A DNA stretch of 57,850 nucleotides, filler included, from Catajapyx aquilonaris (GCA_000934665.2; 2 parts of 2 records of this genome joined end to end with filler, not necessarily neighbours in it), one strand, 5' to 3'. Positions 44,901-56,974 are shown, counted from the first letter of the whole stretch. Notes: generated from the sequence alone by a model not told the origin. Made by a program: numbers and translations.

Positions 44901-47900
44901 AAATTTAGCCCTATTTCTATTTTTCAGTGCAAGTCAAAGAGAGTTGCCCTCTCCCCATTGGTTCCTCCCTCCGCGCATGCTCAATACTCGCCCGTTCGTC
45001 ACACTTTGTCAGGGTGAGCCCTCCGAGATTGACCCGCGGGGCAGGTTGACCCTTGACCAGATGTTGGAAGTCACCCCCCTCCAACCCGGTTTTCTCCAAT
45101 GTTCTCCTCTCTAGTGTGGAGCGCACAATAGGAAAAGGAAAAGAGGAGAGAATACAGGAATAATGGGAGAGTCTGTGGGGAATTTTTACCATGCCAGAAA
45201 ATAAGCGAGTGTGGAGCCGGCTTCACACAACCACTGCATGTAAGGGGATATTGCGGTTTTCAGCCTTCCCCACAGAATAACTGTTGGGTGGGTGGATGTG
45301 TTTGTCTCAGGGGCATGCGAATATCCATCGTCGCCTACATCGTCAATAGTTGCTCCCTCTGCACTTCTCCCTCCTACATTTTTGACTCAGTTTGGGCCAA
45401 GGAATATGAAATGTGTCTTCCCTCCCCCCTTCCCCCGTCCCACACACACACCCCCCGCGAAAATTTTCCTGCCTACGCTCCTGAATAATTGCATGTTTTC
45501 CTGGAAGATAGGCAACCCACAGAACTTTTGTCTGGAATTGCCCCCNNNNNNNNNNNNNCCCCCCCCCCCCCCCCGGCGCGACTGGATCCGCGCCTGAGTA
45601 CTAGTAGTACATACTAGTATGTCGTCTATTCAGCAGTATACTCATTAGCCCAAAACCAGACAAAAGTGTAGGGGGAAGAAATGTCGAGGGAGCAACCAGT
45701 GACAAGGTAAATGACAAGACACATTGGCCTGCCCCTAGACTCACGTGGCAACACACATGACACCTTTCTGTAGGGAGATCAACTGACTGATGGTCCTGCT
45801 CACCTTACAATAGTAGTAGTACTAGTAGTAGTAGTACATACTGCTATGTCGTCTATTCAGCAGTATAATTCATTATCCCAAAACCAGTCAAAAATGTAGG
45901 GGGAAGCAATGTCGAGGGAGCAACCAGTGACAAGATAGACAACAAGACACATTGGCCTGCCCTTAGACTCATGTGGCAACACCCGGGGAGTTCACCTGAC
46001 AGATGGTCCTGCTCACCTTACAATAGTTGCCTAGGGAACAGGATATGAGCAGGATAATTATTACTGATGGGATTTTGTCAGGTCATCTTCTCTGCAGTAA
46101 TGATGACCATGCTCATATCCTCCTCCCAGAGCAACTATTGTAAGGTCTAGAATCTATCTGTCAGGCAATATCTCTACAAAAATTGTGTGCTGCCCTGCGC
46201 GTATATGGGAAGAATGTGTCTGGTTGTCTACCTCATCACTGCACTGGTTGGTCCCTCTACATTTCTCCCCTCTACATTTTTTACTTGTTTTCGTCCAACG
46301 AGTATGCTGCTGGCCAAACGACATAGCTGTAAAAAACACCCTGAACCTGATATACAGTAACACTTCTATAAGTCGAACTTCCCTAAGTCGAAGTTCTCTA
46401 CAAGTCAAAGAAAATGATGAGCTTGGTTGGTCACAATGTAAATGAATAGGAAATAAACTTCCCTAACTCGAATTCCTATAACTCGAAGTCCAGGCAGGGC
46501 CTTACGATGGGATATCAATGCATTTTCAGTCTGCCTAAGTCGAAGTTCATGTTGGTGAGTACGGAAAATTTTCTCATTTCCCAGCCGAAGGGTCGAGAGT
46601 AGGCCACATGTACAGAAAGGCTCAATTTCCTGATCTCCATCTACCAGACGTACCGAAAGAAGGGTTTGACTCGATTGTGACAATTGAATCCTTGAATCTA
46701 AGAGTAGGCAAATGTCCATAACGGACAACAAAACAACGAGGAACATTGTTAAGTGTGATAGTGACAGTTATTGTAAAGTTTTGAACACCTTTTGTCGCTG
46801 GATATAAAGGTGGCTTCCTTATAGAGTTCTGTGCTTTAAAAAATCCAAACCTCTCTAACTCGAATTTTCTATAACTCGAAGTTTTTTTTCAGGTCCCATG
46901 GAGATTCGACTTATAGAAGTTTTACAAGGTGTTTCATAATTTGACCAACTTCTGAGGTGAACTACTGAGCACCAGTAAGAAGAGGTGTGTTTGCTCTCTG
47001 CAGCCTAGTTACAGAAATAATGGGCTATTTTTCAGGATAAGCTATTGTTTATCCGCACCATATCAACACGGTCGGTGTTAGGCGGGCGGGGGCATTCCGA
47101 TGGTTGGAAACGTTGCGTTGCAAACAATCGGGTGCCTATTGATACTGCTGCATGGTTACATGGAACTGTGCTTTATTCTTCTTTTCGGGCTTTCGGGGAT
47201 TCAATTCGGGATTTTGAGGTGATTAAGTGGATGAAATAGCCCTTTGTCTTGGTGTTGCTGTATGGCTTTTTGTTACCGCAACAGTACTGTACATTGTTGT
47301 GGTCCTGCCAGGCACGGTACGTCGCCCGTGTGTGATATTTTTGGTTTTTGCGGAGCGAAAGCGGGTTTCTGTATCCGCAACATTTACTGTCCGTCTTGTG
47401 GCGCCGCAGGCCAACGAACGTTACTGTGGCTTTGCCAAGCGCGAAGTACACTGTCACACAGTCCATTAAACCAATGAACTACATGGCGCCAAGTTCCGCC
47501 CGCCACCACCCGGCTCTCCCCTCCAATCATGCCCACGACTCACTCTGCAGGCATACTACTGCACACACTCAGAAAACACGGCTGGTGTGACATCATATCG
47601 TTCTTTGGGTTAACGAACTGCAGCAACCATCATGGCTTACATATTTCCCACCTCCTTCATTAATACTGTGGTCCTAGCACTCGTCTGAACGGTTCGCATG
47701 GCAGGGGTAAGAAGACGCCCTTTGTTATGCTCTCCCGGCAACCGGTTGTTTGTGACGCGTAGCCAACATGTTTGGAGCACACGATGCCCTGCCAATCCCG
47801 CCGCGTCGCTAGGTGCGGATAAACAATAGACTTTCCATTTTTCATGCAGCATAGCATATCCTGGAAGATTTGCATCTGACCACATACAGGGCACATCTGA

Positions 47901-49069
47901 AAAGTCCTGCCTGTCTTAAGTCTTGGCAAGGACACCAACGAATAACAATCATTTCTGGAGGAGGTGCAACTGGACTTCAGAAAATTTCATGCTCCCACCT
48001 GTCTCTGCATTGGCCATTCGATGCAGGAGTGGCAGCCACACCAAGCACTGAGGTCCAGGATCAGATATTATGACATCCAAGAAATCATTCACAGTCACCT
48101 TATTTGACTGCAACAAATAAAAATATATTATGAAACAGTACTTACTAGCAGCTTGCAAGATTAAAGAAGTGATACACACCCCAGCAAACATTTTGCTACC
48201 CACTCCCTCATTGTAGTTGAATGTAGGTGACTCAAATACAACTGCTGGAAGTGCCAAGACTTCCTTCAAATAGTCGCACAATCTAGCCTCAATCATGTGG
48301 CCATTACTATCCGAAATTTGTGAAAAGATATCTGGAAATTAAATGGCTCATTAGAATCATGCACCATCCAGACTTGCATTCAAGTGTCAAAAGAGAGCAG
48401 TTGTAAACTTACATCTCAGCTTGTCTAAAAGTTTTCCAGCACATAGTGTTGCAAGGGCAATCTTTACTGAAAACACACACAATTTGCCAGTATTCTCCCT
48501 GTAAACAAGATGATGCATCAGAGAGGCCTATGTAGCAGAAACTCTGTTAACTTACGGATCATATGCTCCAAGGAGCCAGCTGAGCAGGAGAGCAGTGTTA
48601 TGCTCAACAGACACTTGCTGTGCTGGTGGAAGCCTCTTGTTCAAATTGTGGAAGATACTAGCCAATAAAGTTTCTAGCCTGCCAACATGAACTGTCATGT
48701 GTGGTTCCAAGGTGTTTAGCCCATTCTCTCTGAAAGCTTCTATAACATTCCATATGTCTACGGCACTCACTGCAAAAGCAAACAAAAAATACTATTGAAA
48801 CTGCACTAAACACTGCTTATGTAACATACAATCTTGTACATGGGAAAACTGAAGCCTGTATAAATGAATACAAAAATTAATAAAACTGCAATAAATCAGG
48901 ACTCACAATTGGTCTTCCTCTGAATAAAACGGAGCTTGGAAGCAGTTCGGTAGGAAGCAAAACGGATCGAGTCAAAATCCTGGTCCCTCAGCTCCTGAAC
49001 CACTTGCCGGTGGTCCAACAAGCGAATGGTGGTGCCGGATCGAATTCCGGCACTTAGTTCATCTGCCAT
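32863..49069 (-). CDS. Dyb: Dystrobrevin (EF-hand region, ZZ zinc finger, coiled coils), spliced CDS of ~630 aa; terminal exon unresolved
   Basis: Exons 49069-48907, 48769-48556, 48498-48413, 48331-48180, 48107-47999, 44315-44149, 44086-43962, 43904-43806, 43743-43641, (43562-43536), 34011-33896, 33741-33564, 33514-33211 and 32910-32863 join in phase. Diagnostic motifs [80 protein letters not shown]. Confidence 0.95.
33211..33514 (-). CDS. Dyb: Dyb exon (C-terminal region)
   Basis: [21 protein letters not shown]...[12 protein letters not shown]...[25 protein letters not shown]. Confidence 0.92.
33564..33741 (-). CDS. Dyb: Dyb exon (coiled coil 2)
   Basis: HQQELEAAG...[44 protein letters not shown]. 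Confidence 0.94.
33896..34011 (-). CDS. Dyb: Dyb exon (coiled coil 1)
   Basis: [39 protein letters not shown]. Confidence 0.9.
34285..35052. mobile_element. Foldback MITE with ~210-bp arms
   Basis: CAAAGTAACTCTTCTTA... versus ...TAAGAAGAGTTACTTTG, high identity. Confidence 0.85.
34507..34729. mobile_element. PIF/Harbinger-like MITE nested in the foldback
   Basis: TAA-AGGCCGCTTCACAAACTCGGCGTTGCGAAAG ... CTTTCGCAACGCCGAGTTTGTGAAGCGGCCT-TAA. Confidence 0.88.
36024..36275 (-). mobile_element. SINE family 1 copy
   Basis: Reverse complement of the 16057 copy, with intact 3' stem-loop tail. Confidence 0.85.
37801..38722. mobile_element. Palindromic mariner derivative nested in a MITE
   Basis: Two inverted ~410-bp copies of a deleted mariner 5' half. 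ORF 38072-38530 (minus) has [22 protein letters not shown] and HPPYSPDL. Confidence 0.9.
39085..39829. mobile_element. Young foldback element with ~320-bp near-perfect arms
   Basis: CAGGAAAAAATTGCTGAAGAATTTTTCTCGACGG... versus ...CCGTCGAGAAAAATTCTTCAGCAATTTTTTCCTG; outer GTCCAGTCATTTGGT / ACCAAATGACTGGAC. Confidence 0.85.
39830..40243. mobile_element. Foldback MITE
   Basis: TACTACATAAGAGGCGCAAAC ... GTTTGCGCCTCTTATGTAGTA, ~180-bp arms. Confidence 0.85.
40215..40354. repeat. Two abutting perfect palindromes (31-bp and 38-bp arms, 1-nt centres)
   Basis: 40215-40245/40247-40277 and 40278-40315/40317-40354 are exact reverse complements. Confidence 0.95.
41818..42622. mobile_element. Foldback MITE with ~230-bp arms
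   Basis: ATTATTTGGCCACCCCCAAAGAAATGGAGTGGTGGGG... versus ...CCCCACCACTCCATTTCCTTGGGAGTGGCCGAATAAT. Confidence 0.85.
43536..43562 (-). CDS. Dyb: Candidate Dyb 27-nt cassette microexon (PWPLPKGVQ)
   Basis: Polypyrimidine TTTTCTTCTCTCTAAG acceptor, CAG|GTAGA donor, phase 0-0, no stop. Confidence 0.5.
43641..43743 (-). CDS. Dyb: Dyb coding exon 9
   Basis: [34 protein letters not shown]. Confidence 0.92.
43806..43904 (-). CDS. Dyb: Dyb coding exon 8
   Basis: [32 protein letters not shown]. Confidence 0.85.
43962..44086 (-). CDS. Dyb: Dyb coding exon 7
   Basis: [42 protein letters not shown]. Confidence 0.9.
44149..44315 (-). CDS. Dyb: Dyb coding exon 6 (ZZ zinc finger)
   Basis: [52 protein letters not shown]. 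Confidence 0.96.
45598..46030 (+). repeat. Tandem duplication (~220-bp unit) of a MITE arm
   Basis: TATGTCGTCTATTCAGCAGTATA...GGTCCTGCTCACCTTACAATAGT occurs twice head-to-tail. Confidence 0.8.
46355..46926. mobile_element. pogo/Tigger-like MITE (inverted copy of 11019-11968, no SINE)
   Basis: Paralogous spurious ORFs 11238+ and 46405-; TIR CAGTAACACTTCTATAAGTCGAA. Confidence 0.85.
47042..47829. mobile_element. CpG-rich non-autonomous DNA transposon
   Basis: TIRs CTATTGTTTATCCGCACC / GGTGCGGATAAACAATAG. Confidence 0.7.
47999..48107 (-). CDS. Dyb: Dyb coding exon 5
   Basis: [36 protein letters not shown]. Confidence 0.92.
48180..48331 (-). CDS. Dyb: Dyb coding exon 4
   Basis: [38 protein letters not shown]...MFAG. 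Confidence 0.9.
48413..48498 (-). CDS. Dyb: Dyb coding exon 3
   Basis: [28 protein letters not shown]. Confidence 0.92.
48556..48769 (-). CDS. Dyb: Dyb coding exon 2
   Basis: [21 protein letters not shown]...[10 protein letters not shown]. Confidence 0.95.
48907..49069 (-). CDS. Dyb: Dyb coding exon 1
   Basis: MADELSAG...[24 protein letters not shown]; acceptor at 49092, donor GTGAGT. Confidence 0.92.
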
Positions 49070-49275
49070 GGCCGTTTTGGCAACCTCTTCCCTGAAAAAT
49101 GAAAGCAATGCTTCAACACACAATCACGTGAATATCACACAATAGCTACTTGAGTTATAAAGACATTAGAAATTGCAATAAAAACTGCACTTATCACATA
49201 GCAGAAGATATCAACTTTTTCTGAGCACATATCCAACCATCCCTTTTCCATTCATGTCAATGAGTTACTCTAGAA

Positions 49276-49741
49276 CAGGGCTATTCAACTGGCGGACCGC
49301 GGTCCGGATCCGGACCGCGACGATATACAGGACAATTTGAAATAGCATTAGAAATTACTAATTCATGATTTTTTGGAAAAAGTGCTACCAATTTCATCAA
49401 ATACACACCCATTCAAATCTCCTACATTCACCTAAGCTCGTGTGACCTTGAACCCCCAAAAAAAATCGCATGCAGCGGGCTTGCTCCCCGCCATTTCCGG
49501 CTTGTTCACCTTGTGCTTATGTCATGGGCCCCCCTCCGAAATTTTTCCTGCCTACGCGCCTGTACAGGACACCATAAAGGTCGAAAATGTCTTGATAGGC
49601 CCTTCTACCCTCATGCTGCACATGTTCCTATGTTCAAAAATGAACCCTATGGTACCATATAAAATCCATATCTTTCCGGACCTTCAATGGCCCAGAAAAG
49701 GTAAATACTGGACCTTGTCATAAACTAGTTGAATAACACTC
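49276..49741. mobile_element. hAT (Buster/Charlie-type) MITE
   Basis: CAGGGCTATTCAACT ... AGTTGAATAACACTC with 8-bp TSD CTCTAGAA matching the NTCTAGAN preference. Confidence 0.85.
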
Positions 49742-50504
49742 CTCTAGAAGTCTAGAGTTCTTAGAAACCCATAATATGAACCAGACATATCTTATGTCAT
49801 CTTTTAACAGGCAACCCGGTGACCATCAATGCTCCCACTAAAAAATGCATCTAATGTCCCCCCAAAAACTCCTTTTGATATACAGATGCAGAAATTTAGC
49901 ATCCCATTACTTTGAGAGATGGTAAATAAGGGGTTCAAATAAATAAGTATTACTGATATCTAAAAAATTTAAACATTCCATTTAAAAACTACAGGGAGAA
50001 ACTCACCATCCACACTGCATATAATCTTGTGAATTACAACCTTTTTTTTTTTTTTTGCAAGAACTGCATTGATTTATGAAAGCACGCCCATTTCAATTAA
50101 ATAAATGGAAAACACACGATTTATCTCACTAGGTTTTGTGCAAAGAACTCTACTGATATCAGCCATGCTCTTGTTCATGACTGAATTATAATATGTTTGC
50201 AGTCAAAAATCATCCCTAAAACATACAGTATGCACATACAGTATGTGCATTCATGAAATTCAAAGAGGATAAAATAACAAAATGAGGGAAATTCAAACAT
50301 GATGAGTATGGAAAATACTCTCTTGCCAAGTCCTGTGAGCATAACAAGGGGGGAATGTTCATCCATGGCTGCCAATGAGCATGCAGGATGTGTCATGCTA
50401 GCTTTAAGTTTTTAATGTTGGCTGCAAATTTCTCCTAAGTTAAACCTTACAACAGGATATGACCACATTATCAAGGCAAGTGTGTGAGCAGAGACATTTG
50501 TTCT

Positions 50505-51042
50505 TTCCAGCCCCCCGCAACTCGCTCTCTTTTCCCGTGCGCTTAGCTGGTCCGCTATCCCCGGTTGTAGACTCCAAATACCCAGATGCAGAACCCTGTA
50601 TCAAATCACATTCGGGGGGACGTCTCTGAACCGTTCTGAACCTACCTATAGTCAACTCCCATCAGCCCCAGTTTGCAGATCCACCGCACCAGCCACTCAA
50701 ATGCAGGTAAAAGGGGTTTTGTTATTTTCGGTTATTATGTATAGATACGATAATTTTTTGGGATTGGGAGTTATTAAGTATTAATGGTAGATGTGTTGTT
50801 ATGACATTATTGATTGATTGGTCTAAATCCCATTCGGGTGGCTGATGGTTGGATCTGCAAACGGGGGCTGATGGGAGTTGACGCTATAGGTAGGTTCGGA
50901 ACGGTTCAGAGACGTCCCCCCGAATGTGATTTGATACAGGGGTCTACATCCGGGTTTTCAGACTCTACATCCAGGGATAGCGGACCAGCTAAGCGCACAG
51001 CCTTCCCCGTGATGGCTAGATAGGAAGTTGTCGGGGGCTGGT
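50505..51042. mobile_element. Foldback MITE
   Basis: ~165-bp inverted arms at 50537-50703 and 50832-50998. Confidence 0.8.
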
Positions 51043-52057
51043 TCCTTCCATTGTCCTGTTGCTAGAGCCACATCAACACATTACTATTTGGTACCATCTA
51101 GCTAAAAAACTAAAACTAGGTGAGTGGACAATACAATATTACCCTCAAAATCATCTGTAACCAGCACTTGCCATTCAAGGCCCACCCTAGCAACAAAGGT
51201 ATTTTGCAACATTATGCACCTACCCTTTGCTCATGACTGTACTTCCATAATTACACACTCCTACTCTCGCTGCAACATTAACCTATGAAAGATGTGCATG
51301 TATAGCCGCTACTAAACAATTCTAGCATAAAAAGCAAAGATCCTTTTGTAAACATAATGTTCTTTGTGGTTATGAAAACCTTACGATGCAAAAATATTTT
51401 ACCTGCCTTACTGTGATGTTAGAAGAAGAGTCTCTCTTCATATAGCAAATGAACAGGAAGTAGTAATAATTAGACTGTTTACTGTTGCATAACTAAATGA
51501 GGCAGTAACCATTTAGCCAACTGAACTGTCTACTGATATAATAACTGCATATGAAGGTCAGTAGGCCTACTGACATAAGAATGAAAATGCTTTAGGCCAT
51601 ACTTTTACATACCATGTTGTAAAGGATCCTTCACTGTTAATCCATGACCAGCTTTACCAGCACAGCACACACAAAATAGCATGTCTGTCTATATGCCAGC
51701 ATTAAATCATGCCCAATGACATGACTGAAATGAGGTGACAGTCAACAAGCAGTCAACACTAGGATTTTATTGCATGTTGGAGTATTAAGTAGTAGTATGG
51801 GTTAATCACTGTCCTGGCATATCATTTTGTTTGCGTTTCTCGTGCTGTCTCACAGGGACCTAATAAAATGTACCGATGATGCTGGCAGACACCACTATGT
51901 CTGAGTTTTAAAACGGGTACCACGAGTACCGGTACATCTCAGTTTTGAAATTGGCAATGACCTTTAGTAGTCCTTTACTTGTTGGTAACATTTTCATGTT
52001 TCTTTAATGGCATTAATCTTGATGATCTTTGCCTATACAATACGTCATTTAAAGGGG

Positions 52058-52294
52058 ATGGCATAGTGATATAGTGGTTATCTCCACAGCCTTCTACCTC
52101 TGAGGCCCCAAATTCGATCCTCAGGTCAGACAGAGGATACTTATGTGGATGGAGTTTTGATGGGTTCTCTCCGTATTCACGTGAGTTTTCTCGGGGCTCT
52201 CCCGTTTCCTCCCACAATCAAAATTCATCACAGCACGGGCAATGATTAAAGATGGTCAATGAAAATATTATCCCCTAAAAGGCCCAAGTAGGCC

Positions 52295-52350
<56 letters not shown>
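52058..52350 (+). mobile_element. SINE family 1 copy with (ATT)n tail
   Basis: Homologous to the 16057 copy. Confidence 0.82.
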
Positions 52351-52352
<2 letters not shown>

Positions 52353-52831
52353 GTCATTTAAAATAATAAAATCCAACTGCAACTGTAACAAAATATGCAT
52401 GGCAACAGTTCCTTACTACATGAAGGCTAGCAATGGCCATCATGTGCCAATATCTCCTTTATGCGAAAATAGAAGATTCTGGCCAAAAAAAAAAGTCAGC
52501 TACACATAAATCATTCCCAACCGTTCTCAACTAACTTTCTTGCAAAGTGCACCCACAGTAAATAAGAGAAATGACAATTCGAGTAGCAAGTTACCTCTGT
52601 AGTACTGTACTGCCAGCAGATCTGTAAACTGATATGTCCCCCTCCTGTGATATTCTGGAATGGTATCATGCAGTTTCCAAGTTGAGAATTATAGGCATTC
52701 ATACCACACCTAACACCTCCACAACTTGATCAAATGCTACCTTCCCCTCAATAGAGAACAAAATTGCCCAGAAGGAGTGTCAAATTACCAGGTGCACTTC
52801 ATGTGTCTAATTGGCAAAAATTGCACAAGAA

Positions 52832-53138
52832 GGGAGGCAGAGTGCCACTGTGGTAATGTATGCACCCACAGATGGAAGGGTCCCGGGTTCGATCCCAAGC
52901 CCGGGCATTCCCCCCTTTCATCTTGTGTGGACTTTGGGGTCGTCTCCAGCTTCACCTTGGGTGGGATTTCCGCTAGACTAACCACCCAGGGGAGCTCACA
53001 AAATGACCTTCGAAAATGACACTGCACGTCCCCTCCGTCATCTCGTCCCTGGACCAGGGCATCAAATATTGGTACATGGTTCTACATTAATATAATCCCC
53101 TTCCCCCCTAAGAGGGCCCAGCCCTATCACAGGGTAAC
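52832..53138 (+). mobile_element. tRNA-derived SINE family 5
   Basis: B box GGTTCGATCCC; tail CCCCCCTAAGAGGGCCCAGCCCTATCACAGGGTAAC shared with other SINEs. Confidence 0.7.
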
Positions 53139-54024
53139 TATTTGTTAAAAAATCTCATGAGAAAAATTTATATTCTAATGAGGACCTCGTTTCTATAAAT
53201 TACTTGCACTACAAAAAGAAAAACTAATGTCCATTCCCTTCACACTATAGCTAGAGGACACTGTTTGAGGTCGTCTGACTAACTGAATGTACCAATTCTG
53301 CAACCTTTCCTGAAAGACACATTCCTGAGCACCAATAAGATTTCACAATTAAGCATTCTTCTATAAAATGTTATTTTGTTGAGCAACAACAGTGATGACT
53401 TTTGAGTAGTCAATTTTTGTACTAGTCAATCAATCAATGAATTAGTATTAGACTATTAGAGGTTAATTTCTTCTGGAATGCCAGGCTGTGATTGACTTGT
53501 GCTATTATTGGAGTCATATATGTGATCATAAAGACCTTGTCAGTTTGCCATTTGGTAACAAAATCGCAGTGCAAGGCCATGCAACATCTAAGTAGTGCCA
53601 ACAAACATAAAACACTTTTCTTATGCTCATTCTTGATTTTTGAAATTCACTGCTTGACAAGCTTGACAAGTTACTGCAAACCAAACTAACCCAGAAAAGG
53701 CTGGTTGATCGTAAAACCTCTCAGGAACCTTAGGAATGCATTTTCAACAGTTCTTACATCCTCGTAGTTGTTCTCTTACATAATATTTAGAAACACCATA
53801 CCTACCACTGATAATATCTAAAACAATGGCCTTTGTCTGCAGAAGTGGTAAGCTAGCCAGCTCAATGGAAGACCTATCACTAGCCATTATTGCACCTTCC
53901 CCACCATCACTAAATTGACGTGTACGTCACTGACCATTAGTTGGTGCCACCTACAAGACCAGTAGTACAGTAGGGAGGCAAGTAAGGGAGGGAGAAACTT
54001 GCCTTATCTTGTCTATCAATCTAT

Positions 54025-54315
54025 TGGATACCTTGTGACAAGCCTGAGGCCTATTGGGTCAGGTTACACTGAGCCAGGTACTACTGGTCCTTAGTGAATC
54101 CTCTATCAAATATCGGACTCGAATCATTGCTCTGCAGTGACGTTGGATTTTCAGAGTGGGAGGAAATGGCAGAATCCCTAGAAAAACCCATGCGAACAGA
54201 AAGAACCCACTGAAACTCTTTCCATATGAAAAAATTCTCTGTCCAAGCCAGGGATTCAACTCACGAATCAGATATGGCCAGCCATGGCCTAAACCACTAA
54301 ACCAGTATGGTACAT
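54025..54315 (-). mobile_element. Diverged SINE family 1-related copy
   Basis: AGAAAAACCCATGCGAAC..GAACCCA body and degenerate head. Confidence 0.6.
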
Positions 54316-54830
54316 CTACCCACCTCCACAGTCTAAGCTGTGGCTACTCTGCATGAAAACTTACTGTTGTATTTTAAAATAAGCTAATTACTGCACAGCA
54401 AAAAAAAATCTCACTAGGAACAGTTTATTTTCCATCAACATTCACATTTCTCAATATGGCCCCTGACCTATGAATTTAGCATAGTGGCAAGAAATGACCA
54501 ACAGCTCATCCTCATGTACAACCTTAAGTATTGTTGGCAAAAATCTTTCAAAAAAGTACACTCTGACAAAGTCACATAATGCAAACAATTCATATCAAAT
54601 CGCATTGTTTAAACCAGTACTGATTATATGCGCAGTTCACCAACATATGGGGCTGTAAACATGCAGCCAATCTATCTTCTACCTCTGCACAGTTCATACT
54701 CGCACGTTCACATGCCTGGTAAGGTATCTCTCCAGGTAAGGGCAGCAGGTACCCTGGGGCTGCCCAGACATATAGTAAGGACTGCAAGGTGGTTGCAGCA
54801 CATCCACGATACTCGCAATGAGTAACTTAC

Positions 54831-55150
54831 CGCCAGGGGCACCGTAGGTAATGCAAGTGATCGTCCTGGGTGCGACGACGACGACAACGACGGGAGCAGC
54901 GGATGGGAGGCAGCAGGCGGGCGGGCAGTCTGTCAGGCCGACAGCGGCAAGGAAGCGAGAAGTCGATACGACACAGCCACACTGTAGCAGTTTGCCGATC
55001 TTGCCGCCAGGGGAATGTGGCCTCGCTTTTCCGGCGGCGGCGGCTTGCTTACTCGACCGTACTTCGGACGCGCAGACCTTGGTTACCGTTGCGTTGGTTA
55101 CAGTGCCGGACGTCATCTCTCAAATATATGCGTAGAAGATCCGGCACCTA
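54831..55150 (-). promoter_or_regulatory. CpG/GC-rich probable Dyb promoter and non-coding first exon
   Basis: Unique GC/CpG-rich island ending in GCG|GTAAGT donor. No in-frame ATG in the phase needed to join the 49091 exon, so it is read as 5' UTR. Confidence 0.55.
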
Positions 55151-55789
55151 TTGGTGGGCGGGTTCATCTGTGTGTGCCGGTGTTTCAGAATTGAGATCAC
55201 ATTCTTATAGGGAAATATTTTGGGAATGCTCGGTTCACTTTCAGATTGCCACTCTACGTGCAGTACTACAGTACAACGCTTGAAAGCACATAACTCTCCA
55301 ATGGTGCATATAATGAGTTTAAAAGTAGTGAAATAGTTCGGATACTGTATCTTGGGGGTAACATAGAAGGCAAATAGATTTTTAAATCAAAAAACCAAAG
55401 ATATATACACAAAAAAAGCCTGCATACCGGTACTATGAATGTACAGTATACCATAGGATATAAATAAAAGCTAAATTATCAACTTGAAAGAGTTGTATTA
55501 CAGTATGGCCAGTACCACCGGTACCTACTATTTTCATGAAAATAAAAGCTATCTGGGCACAGCAAATTCAGACATGTAGGGGTGATTTATGGTTACTGAA
55601 TAATAAAATGAGTTTTTTTTTAAAGCAAATCCTTCCAGGATTAATATAGAATCATGCAACTCCCTTCATCTGGAATTGGGAGGAATAAACCTACAATATA
55701 ACTTAAAGATCTAATTGAATTGATCTAGCAGGATCTAGAAGTTACGTACGTTTAATTAAAGGAGCAGGACAGATTGCCTAAAATAATAT

Positions 55790-55908
55790 TGGGTGGAATT
55801 TTCGTCATACTACTAGACTACTAGTTACTTTTAACTTAGCAGTACCAGTGTAATGCAATGGTACTGCTAAGTTAAAAGTAACTAGTAGCACGACAAAAAT
55901 TCGGCCCA
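55790..55908. mobile_element. Tiny palindromic MITE
   Basis: CTACTAGTTACTTTTAACTTAGCAGTACCA / TGGTACTGCTAAGTTAAAAGTAACTAGTAG perfect 30-bp stem inside GGGTGGAATTTT / AAAATTCGGCCC ends. Confidence 0.75.
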
Positions 55909-56974
55909 TGGACTCGACAGTGGGAAAGAGCAAAATTGGTTACTTTTAAAATAATTCATTCCATGGGAATCAATATCATATGCATACAGAATCTGAATAT
56001 GACAGAAAGTAAAGCTGAATTACAGAAAATCATGATGTGAGTGATAGATCTACAAATCAATTTATTAAGATGCAAGTACATTACAGGCGAGGGCATTTCT
56101 GTAAGATACCAGTAGGCCTACTACAATAAGCGAAAATTACCGGACCCAACTTGTCATCAAATATGCCTTTATATGTTACAGTATATCAACAAATAATAAT
56201 AGCAATATGAAATAACAATAATTATTAAGAGATTCGATTAACTTAGGCCAAAATTGTACAGTACACAAGGTGGCTGGAAAGATGTGCACTTCCCCTCGGA
56301 TCTGGGGTCCTTGTGATAGGCTATTCCAAGGCGAGATTACCATAGCTTATTAGGTCATTTCAAATACAATCTAGATATAACAGCATGCTAAGGTTACACA
56401 CAAGTTAGTCAAATGTAATGGGGGTCATCCTGTGAGCAATGCCAACCCATAATATCCGTTGACACGTGGCGGCCTGATTCAACTGTTAACCCCCCCATTA
56501 TGTAGGCCTAGTGTATGTGAGTTACCTTAACGCCATTATTTCCATAATGGATTCGAAATCGTCAAACTCAATTGGAATCATTTTCCCTAATGTTTTATAA
56601 TGAGCTTGTAAACAGCTGTGTGAGTTGGTATTCCTGAGGCAGCGGTCATAAGAATCTAATGTACACCTTTTCCTCACAGCCCCTCCGCAAGTCCCCTCTC
56701 TCTTTGTTCCCCTGCAGGGTACCGTATGCAGGGCTTATTGTGGCTGACAAGGTTGTAAGCTAAATTATGTAACACACAGTATAAACAGGACAACTTACAG
56801 TGTGCTTTCTACAGAGAAGTAATTCAGCCAGTACTAGAGACTAACCGAACTGTGCCAAATACCTCATTTGATATCAGCTTTAAAATGTACTGTGAAATAT
56901 ATATTTGCTACACACTCCCGAGTTTCCTTATTACTTGACTCTTATATTGGCAGCTTCACGAGATGTGGTGCTTG

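Noticed and set aside
46990..47938. Cluster of short overlapping ORFs
   Set aside because: Inside a TIR-bounded non-autonomous element; no transposase or THAP motif recognised.
49032..49053. 8-bp hairpin GTGCCGGA/TCCGGCAC just after the Dyb start codon
   Set aside because: Short enough to arise by chance; no evidence of function.
52880..52910. TCCCAAGCCCGG resembling the twister ribozyme core
   Set aside because: It overlaps the SINE B box (GTTCGATCCC), and the preceding GCCGG and the other twister helices are absent.
54694..55283. ORFs of 137-140 aa on both strands
   Set aside because: GC-rich promoter/UTR island. The ATG ORF is out of phase with the next Dyb exon.
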